Positions 1-10,012 of a stretch of DNA of 58,327 nucleotides are shown one piece after another. The translations under genes were made by a program, and so were the position numbers. The stretch spans positions 139,841 through 198,167 of the forward strand of contig NW_003314287.1 of the NCBI RefSeq assembly GCF_000143415.4. The letters are read 5' to 3'. Positions within the stretch are counted from its first letter, which is position 1; each line of letters opens with the position of its first letter. This stretch comes from Selaginella moellendorffii (taxonomy: Eukaryota; Plantae; Lycopodiophyta). The notes under the pieces are model-generated. The model was not told the origin of the DNA, searched no databases, and worked only from the letters and a program-made list of their open reading frames with translations.

Positions 1-1409
1 TCTTTCCATCAATTGCATACTGATAGTATTGATGGATTGGAAAAAAAGAATGGTTAGTTGTGTAGTACAATTTTCAAGTTAGTGCCAAACAACTTCACTG
101 TCATAGGTTTTCATTGCGTTTTTCTCAGTTTTCCATGCTCCATACAATGTGATCTTATGTTTTCCAAATTACTAATAATTTAATATCAATGTTTTGGAGT
201 AACACACTGATTTGTCTGAGGCATCCTTAATCACTTGTAGACAAAGGCCTCTCCTATACCCTCTAATTTAACATTTTGGATTATGATATCTAGATGAAAG
301 AAACACAATTAAGTTTCTTGGCTTTTCTTTAGTTCACTATATGTTCTTTTCTTTTTGCTCTTTTTGTATCTTTTTTATTAATAAGCAAAGCACTTTACAG
401 ATACTAAGACATATGATGACAATTTGCCAAGGCAAAGTCGTTCCAATGCAAGAGTTTTCAATCTCATGAGTGATGGCCGTCCATGGGCTGGACAATGGGT
501 CAAGGTATCTACTCTTTAGCTAGGCATGTAGAATATCTATATTGCAATTGTTTTACATAGGATAATCTCAATTATGGTCATGTAAATTGAAGAAAAACAC
601 TTCTTTGAACTCACTTCTCTTCTGGCATAGATGAGCTTTGTCATCTTCCAACAAAGGGAAAGTTTAATGGCACAGGTTAATAATTCAAGATCACTAAGGA
701 GGAGTTCATGACAGTAGCCACACAAGCAATTGTGGTGTGCAAGCTCCTTTTAACCAAATCTAGCATGGTTCAAAAAAATAAACCATGGAAACAAATGAAT
801 AAGTAAAGGATTGATTAGAACTCATTATTTTGAAAGTTTTCTATTCTTAAATTTTCAAATAGAAATCAAAATATAGAGAATTTATAAAGAAACATCAAAT
901 TTAAATTATCTTCCATATATAAATTACCTTTTTATTCTCTATTCTATTTAAACTATATCTATTTTCCAAGTGGAGCTTGCACCTTGGACAATAACTTGAG
1001 CAACAATCTCAATCAAACTCTTTCATTCATGGCAGTACTAGAGATCCTAGCTTTTTCTTGGAACTATAGAGTTAAACTAGTGTTTCTATATAACCTATAT
1101 TATGCCAATTCTCTAGGAACAATCATACTAGGGGGCAAATCATATTTTGGAACCTTCGTTAATTTATTTTATTTTATTTTATTTTATTTTGCAATTGCAG
1201 CAAGTTCAGAAAGCTATTAAAACTATTGGAAATACCAATGTAAACTTGTTTATTAAAATGTTAGTATAACATATAAAGTAGAGTTATCTTTTTGTTTTGT
1301 TTATTCTAAAGTTTAATATTTATTAAAAATTTACTTTTTTTTATAAATTACTTAGCTTATAAATTTAGTAATAGGTAAATTAGATTTATAGTAATTTAGT
1401 ATAGATCCT

Positions 1410-1790
1410 ATGGGATTTTATTATTTGGTCTTTATGTTACTATTAATAAATTCTATTACTGTTAATTTTGCTCAAACATTTGGCCATTGTTGGAATATAA
1501 GTCCAGAAATAGCTATGAAGTGTAAATTAGATTATTATAGCTCAAAACATCAAAGGAACATAAATATATTTATATATAATATAAAATATGAAAATGAATT
1601 CAAGGAAAAAATAGATCCTAATCCAATATTACAAACTGATGATTTCCAAATGACCTATGATGATTATCATGTCATAATTTTTCCTGGTACAGCAAAATAT
1701 ACCACTACAGGTTGGGGTGATTGGTATAATTGGTCTTTTAAAGGTTGTTTTACACATTTTAAACATACTGTAGAGTTTAGTGAATGCTAA
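1410..1790 (+). CDS. Small intronless secreted-type protein (126 aa), function unknown
   Basis: Open frame in very AT-rich DNA; hydrophobic N-terminal signal peptide (MGFYYLVFMLLLINSITVNFA); 4 Cys; non-random C-terminus YHVIIFPG...GWGDWYNWSFKGCF...VEF. Confidence 0.55.
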   Translation: MGFYYLVFMLLLINSITVNFAQTFGHCWNISPEIAMKCKLDYYSSKHQRNINIFIYNIKYENEFKEKIDPNPILQTDDFQMTYDDYHVIIFPGTAKYTTTGWGDWYNWSFKGCFTHFKHTVEFSEC

Positions 1791-3274
1791 GTTTTTTAAA
1801 ACATTATTGAACAAATTTTTAATGTAAATACCTATATAAGGGATTAACACTAAAAAGGATATTTTAAAGAAATTAAAAATGTTAATTTCAGAGGAGTGTT
1901 AGAATTGGAAGTGCAATAAAATTTCTTGAATATTTCATTTTTGTCATTATTATTTAAAGATCCAAACATTTTGTGGGGACTTGCATTTAGAAAACTGAGT
2001 CAAAGGTGTAAACTTATGAATTCAAACTTTTTAGAAAGTCACATATCTTAATTTATCTATACTTAACTCTATGTATCCCACCTTTAACTGATTGCACTTT
2101 TATTTATGGCTTTATACTTGAATCTTAATTGACCTTTTTTCAAGTTGTTCCTTTTTTGTTACTTACAATCTAGTATACTTCCCTAGAACTTTGTGAATAA
2201 AAGTTGAAAAATGCAATATTTTGAAGAGCCTTACTCTCTTTACATCTTAACCTTCAGGTCCCCTTCTTAAATTTAAACTTCTTATAAGGTCATTCTATCC
2301 AAACTCAAGAATAAAAAAATTTAAATCCTAGTGACAAATGAAGTGCACTATTATTGATGGACCTTTATCTTTCTATGCTTGTTTTTTCTCTCATGCTCAA
2401 GAGAAGAGATATGGGAGTACATACATTAATTGAAAAAAATACTCATGTATAAGAGGGATCAGTTCATATACTATATTAACTTAGATTAGCACTATGATAT
2501 TTATTTATATATAAATATACTTCAAATCCATATAACACTGCATTATCTATTTTGGTTTGGTAGCAAACCTAGATAATTAATACTATAAAGGCCAGAAAGT
2601 GGCACAACACAATCAATAGTATAGGGTAGGGTGCATAGGCATGGAGAGGAGCTTCTTTTTGACATAACTTTTAAAAGAGGATTTGGTATATAGGTTGTGG
2701 TACATATAATGTACTTAAATGAGTACTTCTTTAGATCCTATTTTATAAATAATTAAACATGGATTCTTCTTTATTTAAAAAATGAAAACTGAATTGTTTC
2801 TATATATATTTTATAAAATAAAAGCAACTTATTAAAATCAATTTTCTTAAATTATGTTTTAGAGTTATAAGTACAAGATAACACAAGAAAATATCCCATG
2901 TTCTCAAGTGTTAATATAGCAACTAAATAAAAAAATTCAAAATAAGTATTTTTCTTTATTTTTTTCATCCTTTATTAGTAAATGACCATCTAATTGAATC
3001 TCAACACATCCATAAGCCAAACTCCATAATGCCAAAGCTAATGAAGAGCATATTTGCATCAATCCAAAAGCCAAACATGTAATTTAAAACTAGATTTGTT
3101 GGTAACACTGATTCTTACACTATATGGTCTTCTAAAAGTTATCTTCATATTCTAGAATTACTCTATATTTATTATTTGGTTATACTAATTTAATACAATT
3201 TATTAAATATTTTTAATATTTTAGATATTGATAAAGATACTTTGAACACGTTGTTAGCCATATCAAACACATGA

Positions 3275-3448
3275 TGTGAGGACCAAGTGTACGGCTACGA
3301 TGCCGTATACTAATATTAGCGTAGTGGATTTTGGTAGCCGTCGGATTGGTTTCAATCCGGACCACTCGCTCCTGTATATAAGCTAGGGTTTTTGGGTTAA
3401 TTGATATGCACATTTCTGTATTCCCTTTCCATATTCCAGGCACTCGCA
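3275..3448 (+). repeat. 5' LTR of outer element (174 bp)
   Basis: Matches 15628-15801 with 4 transitions by eye; TG...CA termini; TATATA box at about 3375. Confidence 0.93.
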
Positions 3449-3449
3449 T

Positions 3450-3467
3450 TGGTGGAAGTGAGGGGCA
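3450..3467 (+). promoter_or_regulatory. Primer binding site (TGGTGGAAGTGAGGGGCA), tRNA-Ala-like
   Basis: TGG begins 1 nt after the LTR; resembles the complement of a tRNA-Ala 3' end (TGGTGGAGATGCGGGG) with mismatches. Confidence 0.6.
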
Positions 3468-3672
3468 CCTTTGATTGTCCCTGAGGAGTGCTTGGATTTG
3501 GGATTTTGGTTTAGATCTAGCTTTTGCATTGTCTAGATCTAGCTTTTTCCATTTTCTTTCTTTTGTTCTTTCTTTTGGTTTAGATCTAGCTTTTTGCGTT
3601 GTCTAGATCTACCATTTCCTTCTAGCTTTTTGTCATCTCTCTTCTTTTGCTCTTTCTTTTTCGTTCATCTTC

Positions 3673-4605
3673 ATGGCAGATCCGCAATCTCCTCCTTTGA
3701 CTCTAGAGCAGCAGTTGGTACAATTGCTTGATGTTATGCGTTTGCAATTGAACAACCAAACTCAGTTGATGGCGGCGTTCACGGCACGTGGTACAACTCC
3801 TCCTGCTCTTGGTGCTAATCCTCGCGTTCGGCTGGAGTTCTTTCGCGGGAATCCTAGGGATGATGTGTACCATTGGTTCGATCACTTCACGGTGATTGCC
3901 ACATATCATTCTTGGGATGATGCTCGACGTTTGCGGGAGTTTCCCACGTGTCTCCAAGGGACGGCGTTGCAGTGGTACAATGGTTTGAGTGCAGCCACTC
4001 GTGGGGATTGGAGTGTTCTCCCGGACGTCTTCAAACGCGCCTTCGGCCATGCCGATGATTGTGATGATGCTTTCCAACAATTGCATCGTCTTCGCCAAGG
4101 GCCATCTGAGTCGGTGATGCAATTTGGCGTTCGTTTCCAAAGTCTTTTGCTTCGTGCGGAGCCAAATATGTCGGAGCGGATCAAGCTAGGAATGTTGTGG
4201 CTAGCACTTCGTCAAGATCTTGTCGGACTTGTGCATGCACTTGCTCCTACCACCCTTGACGATGCTCTTCGCTTGGCACAACGTTATGAAACGTCACCTC
4301 TTCCACTTCTCGCTGCACGTCCTTCCGCTCCCCTTCCTATGGGTGATGGTCCTGTTCCAATGGAGGTTGATGCTGCTGCTGCTCGAGTCCAAGGACAAGC
4401 GCGAGGACGTGGTCGTGGCCGTGATGTTCGCTGCTGGGCGTGTGATGAAGTTGGTCATACTTATCGGCGTTGCCGTCGTTTTCCGGATTGGCGACCTCCA
4501 TTTCCTGGGTGGAGACCTTGGTGTCAGCAACGTCCCGTGGGTGCTACTGCAGTGGAAGGTCTGGACACCGAGATGCATCCGGGAAACGAGGAGTCGCGCG
4601 AGTAA
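3673..4605 (+). CDS. gag: Gag of outer element
   Basis: 310-aa ORF with retrotransposon capsid motifs (LQGTALQWY, LRQGPSESV), PMEVD motif and CCHC knuckle CWACDEVGHTYRRC. Confidence 0.9.
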   Translation: MADPQSPPLTLEQQLVQLLDVMRLQLNNQTQLMAAFTARGTTPPALGANPRVRLEFFRGNPRDDVYHWFDHFTVIATYHSWDDARRLREFPTCLQGTALQWYNGLSAATRGDWSVLPDVFKRAFGHADDCDDAFQQLHRLRQGPSESVMQFGVRFQSLLLRAEPNMSERIKLGMLWLALRQDLVGLVHALAPTTLDDALRLAQRYETSPLPLLAARPSAPLPMGDGPVPMEVDAAAARVQGQARGRGRGRDVRCWACDEVGHTYRRCRRFPDWRPPFPGWRPWCQQRPVGATAVEGLDTEMHPGNEESRE

Positions 4606-4644
4606 TGGAGGGACCTTGCGCGAATAAATCAGTGACCCCTCCAT
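4581..4644 (+). promoter_or_regulatory. -1 programmed ribosomal frameshift signal (G GGA AAC plus H-type pseudoknot)
   Basis: Slippery heptamer 4581-4587 in the gag frame; pol lies in the -1 frame; 6-nt spacer; stem 1 4594-4602/4615-4623; stem 2 4605-4612/4637-4644. Confidence 0.8.
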
Positions 4645-7573
4645 CTTTCTTTCGAGAGTATCATCAAGGGGTTCACTCGGCACCAGTTCATCCCGTGTTT
4701 ACTTTCCAAGCTCGTTTTTATAACAAGAGGTCTCCTATTATTCTCTCCGTGTTGGTTGATACAGGTTCGAGTTTATCTTCTATTGCTCGACCTATTACCA
4801 CACGTTGTCATCTACACTTGCGTCGTGCGGCGGAACCAGTTTTCATTCTTTATGGCAACGGCCGTACACATGCATGTGCACGGGATGAGGTGGACCTGGT
4901 TGTGCGTGTGGGCGATCTCGAGCTTGAGTTGCAGTCGTTGCGAGTGGTGCCGAGTCAAGCTTTTGACCTCATTCTTGGTATGGATTGGTTGCAGCGCAAT
5001 CATGCCAAGTGTGACTTTGAGGCTTTTCCCCCTTGTCTCATACTTCCTTATGTTTCATCCATTCCTCTCACTTCCATACCTCTTCGTCCCTCTACTTCTA
5101 CCTCTGCTTCCATTACTTTTGTTCCCCCACTCTTTCCTTCTGTGTTTCCATCTTGTTCTGCTTTTCCCTTTTTCGATCCCTCCGACGATCTTTGTGTTGC
5201 AGCAGTTGACCGGCTCATGAAGGAGTATTCTGATCTCTTTGAATTTGACCTATCGTCTGGGGCCAAGATTGCCACACGTCATCCGATTCCAACCGGGGAT
5301 GCTCGTCCAATCAAGGTTCCTGTTCGTCGTCGGTCACCTAAGGAGATCAAGATTTTACGAGCCAACGTCAAGGAAATGCTGGAGAAGGGTGTTATTCGGA
5401 AGTCACGGAGTCCTTGGGCATGTGAACCTCATCTTGTGACGAAGCCTGATGGGAGTATTCGTTTCTGCATCGACTATCGCCCGTTAAACGAAGTGACGAT
5501 CCCAGATGTGTATCCTCTTCCTCACACTACTGATCTCTTAGATCGTTTGGGGCAAAGTCGTTGGTTCACCAAGCTAGATCTTGCTTCTGGGTATTGGCAA
5601 GTACCGATGGCCGAAGAAGATATTCCTAAGACTGCTTTTCGTACACCATTTGGTTTGTACGAGTTCTTGGTGATGCCGTTTGGTTTGAACAATGCTCCCG
5701 CAACTTTCCAGCGGATGATGGACGAGGTTCTTTGCGATATGCCGGAAGTGACTGCTGACTTCATTGATGATGTCTTGATCCACTCGGAGGGGACGTGGGA
5801 GGAGCACGTTCGTGATGTTTGTAAAGTGTTGGATCGGCTACGTGATGTTGGTTTAAAGCTGAAGCGGTCAAAGTGCGTGTTTGGGTCCAAGGACACAACT
5901 TATCTTGGGTACCATATTTCTCGTGAGGGTTTGCAAGTTGATCCTGACAAACTTGTGGCTGTTCTAAAGTTCCCTACTCCGAAATGTGTGAATGATGTGC
6001 AGCGCTTTTTAGGTAAGGTGCAGTATCTCGGTCGTTTTGTGGATCATCTTTCCGATCGCACTACACCATTGCGAGCGTTGCTGAAGTCATCAACGTCATC
6101 TTTCATTTGGTCTCCGGATTGTGAGCGGGCGTCGTGGATCTCAAAGAGCTATTGACGACTCCTCCGGTTTTGGCATATCTTGACTACACTCGACCTTTTA
6201 TTTTGCGCGTGGATGCTTCTGACATTGGTCTTGGAGGTGTGTTGATGCAAGAGAGCTCGAGTGTGCCTGGTCAGCGCCATCCCATTGCATACATAAGCCG
6301 TACATTACAACCAGCGGAGATGAACTACTCCACGACAGAGAAGGAGTGTTTAGCAGCAGTCTGGGGTTTCGAGAAACTTCATGCATATCTACATGGTTCT
6401 CGGACGTTACTTGAAGGTGACCATGCTGCTGTTACTTCATTATTGAAGCGGAAGAACTTGGTTGGTCGTACGGCTCGATGGGCTTTGAAGCTTCAGATAT
6501 ATGATTTCGATGTTGTTCATCGCCCAAGGAGTTGTATGGCTGATGCTGATGCCCTTTCTCGAGCTCCTCTTCCTTCTCCACTCACTTCTCATGTTTCTGA
6601 CGAACCTGTTGTTCCAGCATCTGTGGATTTTCTAGATGAGGATTCTGTGCCGTCGGCGGTTGCTGTCCTTGACGTTCAGTGTCCACAGGGCGCAGAGCAA
6701 GATCTACCTTCTTTTGATGAGGTTCGCGAGGCTCAAAAGATTGAGCCGTGGATTCGAAGGCTTCGAGATGGGTTTGAGAATCCTACATCACTTGCTGATG
6801 ACTTGCCTTTCCGGCATTTACATTCTCAATATCTCCTTGAAGATGGCCTTCTTTATTTTGTGGGGACGGATCCTGATGATCATTTACGGTTGGTGGTGCC
6901 TTTGGTGTTTATTCCGCGGTTTCTCCATGCCTACCATAATTCTCCTGTTCTAGGTGGGCATATGGGACACGGTCGTGTCACCGAGAAGCTGCGCAGGTCT
7001 TTCTATTAGTCGGAGATGCGACGTGATATTATCCGGTATGTGCGTAGCTGCGTTTGGTGCCAAGCTCGTAATACTCCCCCTTGTGCTGCGGAAGGACGGT
7101 TGGAGTCAATTGCAGTTTCCCGTCCGTTTGAGTTGGTGGCGTTTGATCTTATGGGACCTTTTCCACGATCAACTGCTGGCAATGAGTATGTTATTATTGC
7201 TTCTGACTACTTGACTCGTTGGGTGGAAGTTGGTGCTCTTGCTAGCGCCTTTGCAGCTGCTGTTGGATACTTCCTCCTCAATCGAGTGGTGTTCCAGCAT
7301 TCTTGTCCAGAGCGGATTCTTTCGGATAATGGTCCTGCATTTATGGCTGAGGTATTTCATGTTTTGACATCTCGGTTGGGGATACGCCACACTTTTACGA
7401 GTGCTTATCATCCACAATCAAACGGTCTGGTGGAACGGCTCGTTCGGACATTCAAAGGGATGATTGCGAAGTATGTGAACTTTCAGCATTCGGATTGGGA
7501 TGGTTATTTGCCGTCTCTTCGGTATGCCTATGTCACAGGGGTGCAGAGTTCTGTTGGTGCTTCACCATATAAA
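4581..7573 (+). pseudogene. pol: Pol of outer element (PR-RT-RNaseH-IN N-terminal part), disrupted
   Basis: LVDTGS protease; RT with FIDDVLI; RNase H VDASDIGLG; integrase GHMG...CVWC and SDNG...AYHPQSNGLVER. Disrupted by a 1-nt frameshift near 6131, TAG at 7007-7009 and the nested insertion after 7573. Confidence 0.9.
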
Positions 7574-8721
7574 TGTAAGCCACAAATTTTTCCTTTCCAA
7601 TTTGCCAGCTTACCTCGTCTATCCGTCCAACACTGCCTTGGCTTTTGCTAAGTTCCCTTGCCAAGGTTCTCGCCTATGGTACCAGCTCCTACTTGGTTTC
7701 AACTACTCACTGCACGAGCAACGGAGTGTTAGCCATCCTTCCACGGATTCCCAAATCACTCTCAATCCCCCTCCCCGGGTTAGACTGGACTTAAGGTTCG
7801 GCTACACTCCCCGCAAGCACAAGCAGCCAAGCACACCAAGCTTCCAGGTTCCTAACATCCCTTGGTACCACAAGACTTGATCATGGGACCCTCTAAATCC
7901 CAAGTCTTGAGTGCAACACTTGCTTCGGGACGCCGGGGCGAAACACCGTGGCCTAACGGCCCGGTATGGGTACCTCTCGCCCCCCACTTCCATCCCGAAG
8001 GAAGGCCCAAGCCCCTAGGCAGGGCGAGGACCAATGAGCCGCATGGTACTCAAGTGGGGCACCACTCCACATGAGCCGGGAGCACCGCAATTGGTTTCCC
8101 TTTCGGGAGTGGGAGCTGCTCTTGAGCACTTCCTTGGATGGCCCCTCCGGCACCAGCCAAGTCCATGCTCACTCCCACCCAAGGCCCCTTAGTCCCAGTC
8201 CCAACCTCAAGTCGGTTTGGAAGCCCAACTGGAGAGTCCCTTCAAAACTGGTTCCTGGACCTCACTATCCCTACTATACTTTGGGAACCCCCTGCAGCCC
8301 CCCCCCCCTGGGGGACGCACGCTTTGGGCTTTCACCCCTTGACCCGTATTAGTATTTGGACTTAGTCTCTGGCTCGATCTCGGATCCGATTTCGGATCCG
8401 ACTTCGGATTCGGTCTCGGACTCGATCGCGGACTCGATCTCGGACCCGATCTCGGGCCCGACCTCGGACTTGACTTCGGACTCGGTCTCGGACCCGATTT
8501 CGGATCTCGGACTCCATCTCGAACTCGGTCTCGAACTCGGACTCGAACTCGGTCCCCGAGTCGGTCTTGGACTCGATTCCGGACTCTATCTCGAACTCCG
8601 TCCTAGAGTCGGTCTTGGACTCGATCTTTGACTTGGTCCCATCCGATGAACTCTTTGTCATTTTGGTCATGCTTTCGGGGTTCCCTTAGCCTACGACACC
8701 TCGGCGAGTTGGTTCCTTACA
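7574..8721 (-). repeat. 3' LTR of nested element (about 1.15 kb)
   Basis: Near-identical to 13946-15095; purine-rich tract ATGGGTGGTGGAGT adjoins it on the minus strand (8722-8735). Confidence 0.95.
8370..8630. repeat. Degenerate 6-bp-period tandem array (TCGGAY/TCGAWY) inside the LTR; second copy about 14745-15003
   Basis: Visible hexamer periodicity that produces spurious RD/SD/LG-repeat ORFs. Confidence 0.85.
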
Positions 8722-9506
8722 ACTCCACCACCCATAGAAGAAGTTCGATGCCCACATCGAACGTCTCTTTTTTATCCTACGACTTGTTGACCATGTCTCC
8801 GGGGGCATCCCCCCACTTAGCGGTGTGCCTAAGTTAGCCTCCCCGGCCAAGAGCTCATGACAACGGAATATAGGTGTCCCTATACTCCTCCCCTCACCAC
8901 GCCCTAGTATGGGGTCGGGACTTGAACCCAGCCTTGCTTTACTAGGGGGTTGGGACTCGAACCCAACCTCCGTAGAATACGTCTACGGTTTCGACATCCC
9001 CGCAGGGAGTCGGGCGTAGCTCCCTACGCCTGGTCGACCTAGCTAACCCATGCTAATTAGCTTACCTTCGGCGCGCCTTCGGGTCCCAACACATGCCATT
9101 GCTCAACTTCTCAAATTGATACTTTTAATTGAACTTTGCATAAGTACATAGAGTTCTGCCATGCAGAAATTCCTCCACTAGATCTCGCACGTTCGCTAGG
9201 TTCTCCTCCGGTTCCCATGTTGCTTCGCAGTGTGGAAATCCTTTCCACTTCACATGGAACTCTCTCACCTCGCGTCCTTGTCGCTTGCTCTTGTGCGCAT
9301 TGAGGATGGCCTCGACTTCGTATTCCTCCTCCCCTTGGATAACCTCAGGTAAAGGTCTTACTTGGTCCTTGCGAAGCGGATCCTCAAAATACGGCTTGAG
9401 TAAGTTCACGTGGAACACGGGATGCATCTTCCCCATCTCTCGAGGAAGTCGGAGACGGTAAGCCACTTTACCGATTCGAGCCTCAATCTCGTAAGGCCCC
9501 GCGAAC

Positions 9507-9558
9507 CTGCTTAAGGAACTCAAGATCAATTCATTTACAGGAATACATGCATTTTTAC
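9507..9558 (-). other. Spliceosomal-type intron (52 nt) in the integrase C-terminal region
   Basis: AAG|GTAAAA...TTAAGCAG|GTT; removal restores KLTQRFAGPY in frame. Confidence 0.8.
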
Positions 9559-9965
9559 CTTTGGGTCAACTTCCGGCTGATCCCACTTGGTAGCCTGAGG
9601 TTCTTGGTGTTCAGCCACACCTTCTCCCCAGCTTGAAACTCCACATTTCGACGCTTTTGGTTCGCATACTTAGTTTGCCTTTGTTGAGCCCGTTCCAAGG
9701 AATCCCTCACTAGATTCCAAATGTTGAGTCTTTGCCTCCACTGCGGGTAACTCTCCATGATACTCGGCCACGCCGAGTTCCACAGGACCTTCAATAGCTC
9801 GCCTATTGATGACTTCCCATGGACTCACCCCGATGCTCGAATGTGGTGAGTTGTTATAACACATTTCCGCAAGTCCCAAATGACTTACCCAGTCGGTCTG
9901 GTCTCCCGAGACATAGCATCGCAAATAATCCTCCAGCTGCCTATTCACCCTTTCCGTTTGTCCAT

Positions 9966-10012
9966 CTGTCAAGAAGTGTTAGTGCCATCAATCTTGACTC
10001 AATACCCATTAC
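9966..10012 (-). other. Spliceosomal-type intron (47 nt) in the integrase catalytic core
   Basis: CAG|GTAATG...CACTAAC...TTCTTGACAG|ATG; removal restores the canonical AYHPQTDGQTERVN. Confidence 0.85.

Noticed and set aside
300-1250. Short ORFs at the window start
   Set aside because: No recognisable domain; consistent with decayed AT-rich sequence
5030-5203. Pyrimidine-rich tract ending TTGCAG between outer PR and RT, as a possible splice acceptor
   Set aside because: The frame is open through it and no convincing donor was identified
8356-8670. ORFs with RD/SD/LG dipeptide repeats (also 14730-15044)
   Set aside because: By-products of the hexamer array inside the LTRs
9040-9165. Possible third intron or insert after the chromodomain (AT-rich patch; GTAAG...TAG 27 nt)
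   Set aside because: No conserved coding motif is restored and the candidate intron is too short
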